Assembly: GCF_009914755.1 (NCBI RefSeq)
Contig: NC_060925.1
Direction: 5' to 3' (one strand)
Origin: the human T2T-CHM13v2.0 reference genome, Homo sapiens
Length of the DNA stretch: 64,000 nucleotides
The first letter of the stretch is position 1; every line of letters starts with the position of its first letter. The position numbers and the translations under genes were made by a program. The notes under the pieces were generated by a model, which worked only from the letters and a program-made list of their open reading frames with translations, had not been told where the DNA came from and ran no database searches. Shown here piece after piece: positions 1 through 16,899 of this stretch.

Positions 1-2540
1 GAATAAACATGTGTCTCTGAGGGGAAAAGAAAATGAAAACATTCTATCAACCAGCACAGCACACTGAGGAAGAGCCAGGTGCAAGCTCAGGGCAACAAGA
101 CACGTTTTCTCATTCTCCTTCACTGCCACCATCCTTTCCCAACCCCTGCACTCCCTCTGTCCCCCTCCATCCCCATTAAAAAACAGCAACAAACCGCTAT
201 GATTAATGACTAAAGAATAAGAGCAGGTGTACAATCTTTATACATTTTAGATTTGGATCAAATTCACTCTTCTCAATTCCTCTTCCTAAAGCCCCACCAA
301 TAATCCTTTGCCATCTGCCCCTCCTCCCCTTTCCTTTCTGAGGCTGCTAATGAAAGTGGGGTGGCCAGGACTGAAGAAGGACTTGAGCTGGCTGTCTCTG
401 ATTGACTCCTAGCTATCTCGTGCCCCCACTTCCTGCTGGCAGAAAGCAATGCAAAGTGACTGCTGTAGGAGCAGCTGCTGAAGCTCATTTCCCTCCCCCG
501 ATGCCTGTCACATTCTTGGGCAATATTTCAGAAGCTTACTCATCCTGCCACTCACTTCCCCCGCCCCCATACCCCTGCCCCCAAACAAGACATTAGGAAG
601 GAAACATGAGAGATTTTATTTTAGCCTAATTGAGCAACAGCCCTTACTTCATCTTGAGTAAGATAAATGGGCTGTCCAACTTCACTTCTCACTTTATCTG
701 TAATGAGGTTTCTCTCTCAACTGTTTACCAAAGTATTAAAAAGCACTTTGTAGCGCCGGCTGGTATATTCCATCAAAGAGAGTCAATAGAACAGATGAAG
801 ACATATGAGAAAGTCAGGAGATAAGGTGCCTTTTATGAAAGTTCAGATTCCAGACCTATTAAAAAGAACCGCTTCCCCCTCTGTGAATTCAGGGACAAAA
901 AAAACAACCTTTTCCTCTTTGGCAGTAAGGTGGTTTCTCATAGGGTAGGACAGCACCTGGCAGGTTTTCCCAGAGTCTGATCGAGGTGAATAATTAATTG
1001 TAGTCATTAATGTCCGGGTGGTAAGAAATTGCCAGAATTGTAAGATCCTAATAGGCCATTAGCATCTCTATACTGGATGCACTTTAGTGGACTCTTCCTC
1101 TGACCAGCAGCGATGAAACACTGTTCTGTTCTTGCTCAGGCTCTGTCTCCAGCTATTCTGGAAGAGTCGGTCACATTCAGATGTTGAAAGGTACAAGATA
1201 GGGAGTCCGAGGAGCAGACCCTGCTCAAGATTTTGACACTAAATGCTGTGTGACCTTAAATGAGCCATTAAATCTCACCACTATATAATTTCTTCCCTTA
1301 CAAAGTAGGGAGGAACTATCTCATGCTGATAAGTGTTCTGATAGGAAATCTGTTTTGATATATTGTGATTTTTACCTAAGAATTAAGTATGGATATTTTG
1401 TTGCATTATAGCCTCAGTCCTGTTTGTAGCTGTCATTCAACAGTATGAGGGCCTACTATGCCTGTACTTGTGGTAGGGAGGAAGACAAGACATATAAACC
1501 TGCAAAGTGAAATAAAAGGCACAGCCCTATTGGAATGGGAAGCCAAATTTCTACTCCTCATTCAAAACCTCATGAAATATCTCTCCCTGACTGCCTCCCC
1601 AGCTATCTTGGCAAACAGTGCATTCCATAGAAGATCAGGGCCTTTATCACCTCGTGCAGTCATCTGTCTTTTCAACCTCCTCTGACAGCCTGTTATCTTC
1701 TAAAAGAAAGGACAGTGTCCTGCTCATTTCCTTATTCCCCCATCCCTAGCATAGTTCCTGAAATATGGTAGGCATGCAATATTTCTACATAAGTAAATGG
1801 ATGGAGTGAATAATAAATGCCAAATACAGACCATAAGATACAAAAGAGAGGCAGCCATGGTGGACAGAGCCCTGAAATAGGAGCCAGAAGATCAGGGTGC
1901 AAATCATCAACTCATTATTCCATGAAACTCTGACTTTGGGCTCTCTGTGACCCAGTGTCCACATCTGAAAAGTGCTAATGCCCAAACCAAACAGGGTTAT
2001 TGTGGGAATTAGGTAAAATGCTCTAAACAAAATTTAGCTCCCTGATCTTGTATTCCTTTTCCCTAAATAGTTGGAATACAACACTGGAGTCCAAGTTGCA
2101 ACCCGAGGTGCAACTACAGGTTTTTAGGTTATCCAAGAAGGAAGAAGTTGTAAACCACAGGAGTAGATGAATTCTCAAGGAGAAAATGAAGAGAAAGAGG
2201 CTGATAACAATATCCAAAGGAATATACACAATTACAGGGCTGCAGAGATCATGAGCTAAAGAAAAGACTGAAGAAAGACGACATTGTATCATGCATCTAA
2301 TTCAAGAACAGTATGGTGAAATCTACGGAATGTCATAACAAGGTCCAGGAAATAAAAGACTAATTCATTATGCATGATTATTTTGGCTTCTAGACCTTAA
2401 ATTTGGGTCATGGTTTAAAGCTCTTCTAGTTGGATGACCATAAAAATTCTCAATGCATTTTCAACAGTCTTACAAAAATGGAAGACAAATTTTGTGAAGG
2501 GAAAGAGAACTTATGAATATATCCTTTTCCCTTTCTTCTT

Positions 2541-2833
2541 TCTTTTTTTTTTTTGTTTTTTGAGACAGGGTCTCACTCTGTCATCTAGGCTGGAGGGTGG
2601 TGGCATGTTCATGGCTCACTGCAGTTTCAACCTCTGAGACTCAAGCATTCCTTTCACCTTAGGCCCCCACAGAGCTGGGACTACAAGCATGAACCACCAG
2701 GCACCACTAGTTTTTGTAGAGACGGGGTTACACCATGTTGTCCAGGCTGGTCTCGAACTCCTAAGCTCAAGCAACCCACCCACATCACTTCCCAAAGTGT
2801 TGGGATTACAGGCGTAAGCCACCACGACTGGCC
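2541..2833 (-). mobile_element. AluJ-type SINE
   Basis: Poly-T then tgagacagggtctcactctg...gtaagccaccacgactggcc; diverged antisense Alu dimer. Confidence 0.9.
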
Positions 2834-2872
2834 AAACATCCTTTTTAAAATGAGTCATATGAAGACTTTTTA

Positions 2873-3034
2873 GGCCCAGGCATGGTGGTGCGTGCCTGTA
2901 ATTCCAGCTACTCAGGAGGCTGAGGCAAGAGAATCACTTGAACCCAGGAGGTGGAGGTTGCAGTAAGCCAAGATCGCATCACTACACTCCAGCCTGGGTG
3001 ACAGAGTGAGACTCTGTCTCAAAAAAAAAAAAAA
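2873..3034 (+). mobile_element. Alu right monomer
   Basis: ggcatggtggtgcgtgcctgtaattccagctactc...gagactctgtctc followed by A-tail; no left monomer. Confidence 0.88.
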
Positions 3035-3204
3035 AGACTCTAGACCAAGAATGGACCAAAACAGACAATAGTGGTGGTACACCACTTGTCCTGGACACGC
3101 TACTTCTATTATTCTATTATTCCATCCTTGGGTTGCACTCATGTTTGTGGCAAACTCATTCTGGCTCATATTAAGTCTGTGGCTGACTAAAGCAACATTA
3201 CTGC

Positions 3205-3506
<302 letters not shown>

Positions 3507-6099
3507 GACATTACTTTTTTAAAGTGTAATTTAAGCCCAAATTTGCTTAACAGTCTACTCACCTAATTAATTATTTTGAACTTAAGTTAGGTTCAACTTG
3601 GACTTAATTGATTCTGTCAAAACATATTTAAAGTATTGATTCAGACATTCAAATTTGAGTTAGTCCTCCAAGATTTTTGTCACCTAAAAATTTGACTGTC
3701 ATGCCTTCGCTGTGTTTCCTTACCATTGATTGTTTTTTAAGATTGAATAGCATTTTACTAGAAACAGGACCCCAGTTAACTATTCCTTAATCCATACACT
3801 TCTGTTTTGTTTTGTTTTTTTTACTTCTTAGAATTAATCTAAATAAAAATCCACTAAATTAAGGGCTCCTTGAGGGCAAGAACTGGGCTTATGTAGCTTA
3901 ATATTTCGATCAACCCAAGGCCTGGCAGACAGTTGTATCCAGCTACATTTCTCTCTCCATGTCCCTCAGGAAGTGCCGTCTAACTCTCTGAAAGCCAGAC
4001 CTCCTGGGTCTGCAACTTCCCATGGTCTCTAACTGGCAACCAACATTTTTAGTAAAAGCATTACTAATTCCTACCATGTTCTTTCTGGCTCAGAGAGGTG
4101 CCACTTTCTTTTCTTAATTTTCACAAAACATCTATTTTTTAATCTCGCCAAGCTTATAAGTAGCTTAATACCTGTAGACATAGTCAAGAAATAGTTTGAA
4201 GAACTAGCCTTACTTCTAGGCTTTACAAGATTGAAACCATGTTTTTCTGGGATTTGTTTTCTTGCTTTTCCTAACGTGATTCAGGGTGGACCTAATCCCG
4301 TCATTCCTTACAGTTACATGCTCATCCTGGGCTTGCCCCCATGTCTGAGCAGGAGGCAGTGGCACACAGGCAGTTAAAATATGATGGATGGAGAGAAGAG
4401 AACCCACAGCACCTTGTTCTGCAGAGACCTCTCCTGGGGTTAGGTGGCCGTAGGGATGAGTGCAGACAGTGGTTTCACAATTCTCTCACTTCCATTTTCT
4501 GATTTTGCTGCAGAGCTATCCCAGTGCTTGGCTTCATCCCTGGATTCAGCCCATTAGCTCCCCATGGACACACTGAGTCTCACACCCTAAGCAGAGCTCC
4601 CAAAGGCAGGCACAGACTTAGGCACTTAAGTCAGGCCTCTTTGGGCAGCCAAAGAGTCTCGTGACCTAACAGAATTTCAGGCCTATCCTGGAGGCCTAGT
4701 CAGCATAGGCAGGAAGTGACTTTTTTCTGATCACAGCCTCTACCTTATTTTTCTTTTGGAAGTAGAAAGAATCATGTTCTGGTTACCTTCCAGAGATAAG
4801 AAACCATCATGACTCACATTTATACCAAGTGCAGTTTATAACACACTTTTGCAATGAATTCCCACAATAACTTCCATTTTTCAGTTACAAAAATGGCTGC
4901 ACTACAAAGTCAATTGACTTACCCAAAATCACCTAATTGGTAAGTGGCCATGTAACAAACTCTGGTATGTTTGACTCCTGATGCCTTGTTCTTCCCGTTG
5001 CACTACCCACATTGCTATCTATTAAACAAGTATTTATTGGGCCCTGATGATGCCAGGCCCCAGGCCAAGTTCCAGGATATACTAGTGAACAAGCAATAGA
5101 ACTTTCACTTACACAGGGAAAACAGAGAGTAAATAAACACATGCTGAGAAGAGCAATTATCACATAGTGGTTAAAAGTTTAGGTTCTGAACAAGATGCCT
5201 GTGTTTGAATTTATACTATTTTATTTTATCTTAAGGAAGTTAATTAGGTTTTCTATGTCTTAACTTCTTCATGGGGATATAATATTACTATCAATCTTAC
5301 AGGTTTTGAGGACCAAATGAGTTAATACGTGTTAGCGCTCATAATTGGTGCCCAACAGTAGCCGTGATAACAGGAAGCTCTGAAAGAAATGGGGTCTCTT
5401 ACCCTACGGGAATGCGGATGGGGTAGGGATTGCTGAGGTTTAAGAAAGTTTTCCTGAAATCAATGCAGTCTAATCTGAGGCCTGAAGGATGAGGAGGAGT
5501 AAGGTCTGCAGAGGCTGAGTGCATGTGAGAGAGAGAATGTTGAGAGGTGTGGAGGCAAGTGCAGGGTGGAAGAAAGAGCTGGCAGAGAACAGCGCGTGCA
5601 TAGGATCCATCAGACTGTAAATTGAGCCCATAGTTGCTACATCTCAGGGCTGGCTCCATTCCCAGATCTTACTAAAACACTTGTCAGGGTAAAGGTGGGA
5701 AGTTTATCAGAAAGAGAAAACTTAAGGCTTTTAGCCTCTGTCTTATCTCAACGTCTCCTGCTCCTTCTCCCTCTCGCTTTCTCAGCAACATACAATGGGA
5801 AAAGCCCCAAATTCCAAAGGTAACACTGGACTGATGCTCTGGCTCCATTTCCTATACCCATGACCCTGGGCATTCCATGTCTTCTCTAGGTCTCAGATTC
5901 CTTCTCTGTAAAAAGTGGTAACAACAATTCTTCCTTCAAGTGCTCATAAAATATGAAAGTTGCACAAACCTACTCAGGTTGAATTCTCAACTTTGTTATT
6001 GTGTGACCTAGAGTAAGCTACTTAACCATTCTGAACCTCATTTTTCTCATCTGTAAAATGGGAATGATAAGAATAATGTCTCCTAGGGCTTATCTCCCC

Positions 6100-6487
6100 A
6101 ACTTTTTATTTTGAAAAATAATTTTATAAAAAGTTTAAAGAATACCTGTATAACCTTCATATAGATTCACCAACTGTTGACATTTTGTCATATATTTGTT
6201 CATCCCCTGTACATGTATGTGTGTGTTGTGACATTGTGACATTTCCACTGTAAACATTCCAAGATAAATTTCCTAAGAACAAGGAAATTCTTCTACATAT
6301 CTACCATACCATTATCACACCTAAAACATTTACCATTATTTAAAAATACCATCTAATAAGCGGCATATATCCAAAGTTACTCAATTATCTTCAAAATGAC
6401 TTTTATGGCATTTTTAAAAACTCAGAATCTAATCAAGCTTCATGGACCTATTACCTATTATATCTCTTTTGTCTCTTTTAACACTCT

Positions 6488-6519
<32 letters not shown>

Positions 6520-6662
6520 GGTGGGAGGTGGAGGTTCATGACATTGATATTTTTTAAGGATTTATGCTAGTTGTCTTTAAATTGTCCCCAGATTTATATG
6601 ATTATTCCCTCATTATTAGATTTAGGTAAAATGTTCTTGGCAAAAAGACTGCGTAGGTGATG
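6100..6662 (-). mobile_element. Old L1MC-type 3' fragment, split by the L1MB insertion; continues at ~14513-14600
   Basis: cattattagatttagg...cttggcaaaaagactgcgtaggtgatg rejoins tgtacttccc...cacatcagaaatcacatgatgccagttt, resembling the antisense L1MC 3' consensus as recalled. Confidence 0.55.
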
Positions 6663-7178
6663 GAGTTACAGCAGCAAGACGGTAGAATGGGAAGCCCCAA
6701 ACTTTATTCCTCCATGGAGACATTGATTTAACAACAACATACTGTCCAAAGCCTTTATGAAAACTTCAAAAACAGTTCAGAAGTTGCAATATCCCAGGCA
6801 AGCTCAAAACCAAAAACACCACATCCAAATGGTTAAGAAGAACCATTTCATTTCAGTTGCATCAGCCTTTCCCCCAGGTTGGCACAGCGTATTGTAACTG
6901 GGAAAAAGTATCCAGCTTACACCTTCTCCCTTGGGAGAGAAAGAGAAGATTGGAACATGTGTCCAACATTCTGGCTATCTAGATGGCTGGCCTACGATCT
7001 GATTTCTATCTATCTACCTGACCCAGAGTACTAACCAAATAAGCATGTGTTGGATACCTGAGGGCCACAGAGAACAAAGGAGAGATCATCAGCTTGATAC
7101 AATGCCAGACAGTCTGCAATATTCCAGACAAACACCAGAGGGAACAAGATATTACAAACTCCTTCTTAAAAAGTGAGC

Positions 7179-7588
<410 letters not shown>

Positions 7589-7731
7589 CTAAGGTTCTTC
7601 CCTTGCGTGAAACCAGTCTATAAGACCAGGAGAGGTGGCTGAGTTTTCAATTGCCCGAGTCGCAATTCCCTGCACCCCTGCCAGCCCCCACTCCAAAAAA
7701 AGGCACACAAAGAAACAGGGAACATGGTGCA

Positions 7732-7733
<2 letters not shown>

Positions 7734-7769
<36 letters not shown>
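7734..7769 (+). repeat. (CA)n microsatellite
   Basis: Pure CA run of about 18 units. Confidence 0.95.
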
Positions 7770-7771
<2 letters not shown>

Positions 7772-8486
7772 AAATCTCCAGAAACTGAACCTAAAGAAAT
7801 GGAGATTTACAAGTTACCTGACAAATAATTCAAAATAATCTTTAAGAAGCTCAGTGCTCAAGAGAACACAGATAGACAACTAAATAAAATCAGGAAAACT
7901 ACACGTGAACAAAATGAGAAAATCAACAAAGAGAAACTATAAACAAGAACCAAACAAAAATTCTGGTGCTGAAAAATAAAATAATAGAGTTGAAAATTCA
8001 ATCAATAGATGACTCGATCGAGCAGAAAAAGAATCAATGAACTCACAGATCACTTGAAACTATCAAGCCAGAGGAACAAAAAGAAAAATGAATGGAAAAA
8101 AGTGAAGAAAGCCTAAATAGCTTATATAACACCATTAAGTGGACTAATATACATATTATGAGAGTCTCAGAAAAAGAGAGAAAAAGGTGGAGAGCTTATT
8201 TGAAGAAATAATTGCCAAAAACTTCCCAAATCTGAGGAAGGAAATAGACATGCAAATTCAAGCAGCTCATAGAATTTCAAATAAGAAGAATATAAAGAGG
8301 CCCACACTAAGTGACATTGTAATCAAACTGTCAAAAATCAGAGTCAAAGAGAGACTCTTCAAAGCAGCAAGAGAAAAACCACTGGTCAAATACAAGTTAC
8401 CGCTCATAAAATTTTCAGCAACTTTATCAGCAAAAACATTACAAGCCAGAAGTGAGTGAAATAATATATTCAAAGTGCTGAAACAG

Positions 8487-8778
8487 GCTGGGCATGGTGT
8501 CTCATGCCTATAATCCCAGCACTTTGGGAGGCCAAGGCAGAATTGCTTGAGCCCAGGAGTCTGAGACCAACCTAGACAACATGGTGAGATCCCATCTCTA
8601 CAAAAAATTTTTAAAAATTGCTGGGCATGTTGGTCATGCTTGTGGTCCTAGCTACTGAAGAAGCTAAGGTGGGAGGAACATTTGAGCCCAGAGGTCAAGG
8701 CTGCAGTGAGCCATGTTTACACCACTGCAATCCAGCAAGTGAGCAACAGAGCAAGCAAGACCTTGTCTCAAAAAAAAA
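8487..8778 (+). mobile_element. AluJ inside L1MB
   Basis: Diverged dimer; TSD aaagtgctgaaa on both sides. Confidence 0.9.
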
Positions 8779-9245
8779 GTGCTGAAAGAAAAAAAAAACT
8801 ACCAGCCAAGGATACTATATTCCCAAGAAACTGTCCTTCAAAAATTAAGGAGAAATAAGTTTTTTCCCAGATAAACAAAAGCTGAAGGAGTTCATCACCA
8901 TTAGATATGCCTTACAAAAATTGCTAAAGGGAATCCCTCAAGTTAAAATGAAAGAGCACTAGACAGCAACATAAGAATAGGAAAATATAAAGATGATAAT
9001 CCTTTTGGTCAAGTGTTGATGAAAAGAGAGCAGAAGTGGACATACTTTTATCAGGCAAAATATAATTTCATAAACAAAAAAATATTATGTAAGGATAAAA
9101 GGGTGATTTCACCAGAAAGATATAACAATTATAAATGCACCTAACCACAGAGCACACAAATATATAAAGCAAACATTGACAGAATTGAAGAGAGATATAC
9201 AAAGTAAAACAATATCAGTATATTTCAATATCCCACTTTCAATAA

Positions 9246-9661
<416 letters not shown>

Positions 9662-10592
9662 TCAGAAACATATATAACATTTTTTAGGATAGATTGCGTA
9701 TTAGGCCACAAAACAAGTATAAAGAAATTTAATACCAAATTTTTTTTCAACCAAATATTTTTTCTAACCACAATGAAATGAAACTAGAAATTAATAGCAG
9801 AAGGAAAACTGGAAATTATATAAATATATGGAAATTAAGCAACACACACTTGAACAACCAATGAATCAAAGAATACCTCCCAAGGAAAATTAGAAAATAC
9901 CTTGAGATAAATAAAAATGAAAACACAACATGCCACAACTTAAGGGATGCAGCAAAAATAGTACCAAGAGGGAGGTTTATAGTGGTAAATGCCTACATTT
10001 AAAAAAGAAAGATCACAAATCAACAACCTAACTTTACAACTCAAGGGACTAAGAAAAGAGCAAACTAAACACAAAGTTACCCAAAGGAAGGAAATAAATA
10101 AAGATTAGAGCATAAATAACAAAACAGGAAATAGGAAACATCAGAAAAAAGTCAATAAAACTAAGAGTTGGTTTTTTGGAAAAAATACAAAATTGACAAA
10201 CCCTTAACTAGAATAACTACAAAAAAATACAGAAGACTCAAATAACAAAAATCAGAAATGAAAAATGAGATGTTGCATCTAATGCCACAGAAATAAAACA
10301 GATCATAAGACACTACTATGAACAATTGTATGCCAACAAATGGAATAACCTAGAAAAAATAGATGAATTTCTAGGAACATATGATCTACCAAGATTGAAT
10401 GATAAAGAAATAAAAAGCTGAACAGACCTGTCACTATTAATAAGGTTGACTTAGCAGTCAAAAACCTCTAAACAAAGAAAAGCCCAGGATCAGATAGATG
10501 GCTTTACTGGAGAAGCAACAAACATTTAAGGGAAAGTTAACATCAATTCTTTCCAAACTCTTCCGACAAATTAAAGAGGAGGGAACATTTTC

Positions 10593-10688
10593 TTTTTCAT
10601 TTTGTCTTTTTATTTTATTAATTTTTTTTTTTTTTTGAGACAGAATCTTGCTCTTCCACCAGCCTGGAGTGCAGTGGCGTGATCTCGG
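10593..10688 (-). mobile_element. Severely 5'-truncated Alu (~55 nt) with heterogeneous tail
   Basis: tgagacagaatcttgctc...gatctcgg preceded by T-rich tract; TSD aagaggagggaacattttc (10574-10592) / aagagaaaggaacattttc (10689-10707). Confidence 0.8.
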
Positions 10689-10904
10689 AAGAGAAAGGAA
10701 CATTTTCAAATTCATTTTATCAGGCCAATATTACCTGATACCAAAATCAGACAAAGATACTAAAAGAAAGGAAAACTACAAATATGCACAATGAATATTA
10801 ATGCAAAAATCATCAACAAAATACTTGCAAACTAAATCCAGTAACACATTAAAACTATTACACATCATGACCAAGAGTGATTTGTGGAATATAAAGATGG
10901 TTCA

Positions 10905-11536
<632 letters not shown>

Positions 11537-12750
11537 GATGGTTCAACATATGAAAATCATCAGTATAATACACCATATTAACAGAATGAAGAGCAAAAAC
11601 CACACGATCGTCTCAATTGATGCAGGAAAAGCATTTGACAAAATTCAATACCTTTCATGATTAAAAAGTACTCAAAAACTAGGAATTGAAGGAAATTAGC
11701 TCAACATAATAAAAACCATATATGAAAAGCCCACAATTAACATTGCATTCAAAGGTGAATAAATGAAATCTTTCTCACTAAGATCAGGATTAAGGCAAGG
11801 ATGCCCACTCTTGTCACTTCTAGCCAACATAGTAGTACAAGTCCTAGCCAGAGAAATCAGGCAAGAAAAAGAATTATGAAGCACATGAATTGGAAAAAAA
11901 AGAAGTGAAATTATTTCTGTTCACAGGAGACAGATTTTGTCTGCAGAAAACCCTAATTTCACCAAGATTTCACCAAGAAAAAACTGCTAAAACTATTAAA
12001 CTAATTCAGTAAAGTTATAGGATACAAAATCAACACACCAAAATAAATTGTGTTTCTATATACTACCGATGAACAATCTGAAAAGTAAATTAAGAAACGA
12101 ATTTCATCTATGATAGCATCAACAGCAATAAAATGCTTAGGAATGAACTTAACCAGGGAGGTGAAAGATTTGTACACTGAAAACTACAAAACATTACTGA
12201 AAGAAATTAAAGACACATATAAATTGAAAGACATGCTGTCTACATGGGATAGAAGAATACACTGAATCTGTAGATTGTTCTGGGTAGCATGGACATTTTA
12301 ATATTGTTAACATTATTGTTTTAGCAATATTAAAATGTCCATGCTACCTAGAGCATTCTACAGATTCAATGTAATCTCTATCAAAATCCCCATGGCATTT
12401 TTTTTCCAGAAATAAAGAAGAGTTCTCAAACTCATATGGAATCTCAAAGGACTCCACAGCCAAAACAATACTGAAAAAGAAAAACAAAGCTGGAGGCCTC
12501 ACAGTTTCTGATTTCAAAACATATTATTAAGCTACAAAAATCAAAACAGTATGATACTGACATAAAGACAGACATGATGAACAATGGAACAGAATTGAGA
12601 ACCCAGAAATAAACCCTAACATATATGGTCAAATGATCTTTGACAAGGGTGCCAAGTATACATAATTAGGAAAGGATAGTCTCTTTAGCAAATGATGCTG
12701 GGAAAACTGGATATCCAATTGCAAAAGGATGAATTTGTACTCTTACCTTA

Positions 12751-13316
<566 letters not shown>

Positions 13317-15499
13317 ATTTATACTATATATAAAAATTAACTCAAAATGTATTAGAGACCTACATGTAAGATCTGAAACTATAAAACTCCAGGAAGAAAA
13401 AAAAATAAGGAAAAAGATTTATGACATTGGATTTGATAAAAATTTCTTGGATGTGACACCAAAAGCATAAGCAACAAAAGTAAGAATAGATAAATGGAAC
13501 TACATCAAACTTTAAAACTTCTGGGAGCAAAGAAAACAATCAACAAAGTGAAAAGGCAACCAACAGAATGGAAGAAAATATTTTCAAACCATATATTGGA
13601 CAGGTGTTAGTAGCTAGAATATATAAAGCACTCCTTCAACTCAGCAACAGCAACCAAAACAAATAATTCAATCTTAAGATGGACAAAGGACTTGAATAGA
13701 TATTTTTCCAAAAAGATACACAAATGGCCAAGAAGCATATGAAGAGATGCTCAGTATTACTAATCATCAGGAAAATGCAAATCAAAATTACAGTGAGATA
13801 TCTCACACCCATTAGAATTGTCACCATTACAAAAACAGGAAATAATGTGTTGGCAAGGATGTGGAGAAATTGGAGCACTTGTGCACTGCTGGTGGGAATT
13901 GAAAATGTGCAACTGTTATGGGAAACAGTATGGAGGTTCATCACAAAGTTGAAAATAGAATTACTATATGATCTGGTAATTCCACTTCTGAGTATATATC
14001 AAAAAGAATTAAAAATGGGATGTCAAAGAGTTATTTGCACATATGTGTTCATGACAGCATTATTCATAATAGCCAAGAGGTGGGAGCAATCTAAACGCCC
14101 ATCACTGACAGATTAATGAATAAAAAAAATGTGGTATATACATAGAATGGAAAATTATTCAACCTTAAAAAGGAAGGTGATTTTATCATATGCTGCAGCA
14201 TGGATGAACCTTGGGACATTATGCTGGGTGAAGTAGGCCAATTTCAGGATAGATACTGATGGTTCCACTTAGGTGGGGTATCTAGAGCAGTCAAGCTCTT
14301 ACAAACAAAAAGTAGAATAGCGATTGCTAAAGGTTGAGGAGAGGGAAAAGAGGGAAGTTGTTTGTAAATATACAGGTTGGTTTTGCAAGATAAAAAAGTT
14401 CTACAGATCTGTTGCACAACAATGTACATATAGTTAATGCTATTGTACTGTACACTTGGGAGTGGTTGAGATGGTAAATTTGTGTCATGTGTTGCTTACC
14501 ATTATGAAAAAGAAATACTGCATGGGTGATGTGTACTTCCCTTTGAACCACATCAGAAATCACATGATGCCAGTTTACCCTGTTATTGGTGATTCATTGT
14601 TTATTTAGCTTATTTTTAGGATTCAGTGAGTTAATAAAGGGAAAGAACAGTACAGTGGCAGTCAACCATGCAATAAGAGACAGCTGTTATAGTGATGATT
14701 ATTTTTTTTGAACGGCCTTCCCTGTGCAAAACTCCTTATTTCTTTTCTTCTGTCACTGTGGTACAGTCTTCTCAGGAGAACTGCCCACAATCTTGTGGTT
14801 GGATCTGTCAAAGTCCCTAGTTTTTAGTCTGTGCATAGAGGCTCTGAATCATTCCGGTAACAAGATAACAGCATGTTCCCAGAATAAAGATCTCTGAACT
14901 ATCTTTGGAGTTAGTCTGACCACTTCCCTATGGGAATAATTGATCTAGTAATGTCCTCATTTATCTGAATGCTGAGTAATTTTTTTAACATGAAGCAATC
15001 AGTCTTTCTTAGCCATCTAAATTTAGAATCAAAGACTTCATCAGGGCTAGAAAAGGAGATTTCTTCATTCCCTCAATCAGCCAACATTACAAGAACTGAC
15101 CAGGCGCTGGCACTAAGACATGGTCTTTACTCTAGAAGCTTGCAGTCTCATGAGGGAGACAGGCTTCCAAGCCGGCCCTCATAGAGGAGTGCAATGCTGA
15201 GGGCAGTTCCGTGTGCACGGCATGGAGCTGTGGTACCGGGGCGGGGGACACAGGAAAGGTTTGTGCCCAAGTCAAAAAGCATCATTCACACCACTGTGCT
15301 AAGATTTGGTCCTTGTGTGACTTCTTTCTATCCCCTATTTAAGTAAATAGACTCAAGTAGGAAATAGACTAAAATAAATAATATCCAGTTAGCTAAAAGA
15401 CCACTCACAGAAGTGAAAGAGTTGAATTATGTAGGTGCCATGAAAATTGGCAATAGAGAATGGGAAGGAAGAGCACAGAACCTGAAGTCAACTGAACTG

Positions 15500-15959
<460 letters not shown>

Positions 15960-16507
15960 TAGACATAATCTTTAATTTATATGTAATTTAAAATATAGTA
16001 GTAAGGATCTGGCTTCCTATGGGGGCAGCTGGAGAATTTCTCCTGCTAAAATGCAGAGGCAGCCAACGCCTGTGTAGAGAGCCATGGCAGAATTCCCCAA
16101 TGGCAGAATTCGAGTCATTTTATCCTTGATTCATGGATGATTTGGGCCTAATTTGCTGGTCTTTATTATCCCCTGTGGTTGAAGACAAAATTACTTTCCC
16201 CATACACCCCAGAAACCCAATTCAGTGGCTTTATTCTCCCCTGGAGTGGCATTTACGAAAATCTCACCACCATAGTATTCTAATTTAGTCCAGATTTCCT
16301 TGTGGTACTGTAATTTTGTTTTATCAAATTTTGCTTGAAATACGTAGACATGCACCAGAACCTGGATATCTTTTAGCTATTTGATTGTTCTGGTAATGAG
16401 GTTTGACCAGAAAAGAACTCACTAGGCCATATTTAAAAATCACAGATGTTACGGAATCATGGTGTGGAGAAAAGAAAGCAAATAAACTATTTTCTAAAAG
16501 AATTTTA

Positions 16508-16781
16508 GGCCGGGATCAGTGGCTCATGCCTGTAATCCCAGCACTTTGGGAGGCTGAGGTGGGCAGATCGCCTGAGTTCCGGAGTTGGTGACCAGCCTGG
16601 CCAACATGGTGAAACCCCGTCTCTACTAAAATTACAAAAATTAACTGGGCGTGGTGGTGCAAACCTGTAATCCCAGCTACTCGGGAGGCTGAGGCAGGAG
16701 AATCCCGAGAGGCGGAGGTTGCAGTGAGCTGAGATCGAGCTATTGCACTCCAGCCTAGGTGACAAGAGCTAGACTTCATCT

Positions 16782-16812
<31 letters not shown>
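16508..16812 (+). mobile_element. AluS-type SINE
   Basis: Full dimer, long A tail, TSD aaaag(a/g)atttta. Confidence 0.92.
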
Positions 16813-16816
<4 letters not shown>

Positions 16817-16899
16817 TTTAACAATCACAGATCCGAGAAGGCACTTAAAATTATGTCAGGTCCATCACATTGCCTAAATGGTGCTCTCATCTTTTAGAA

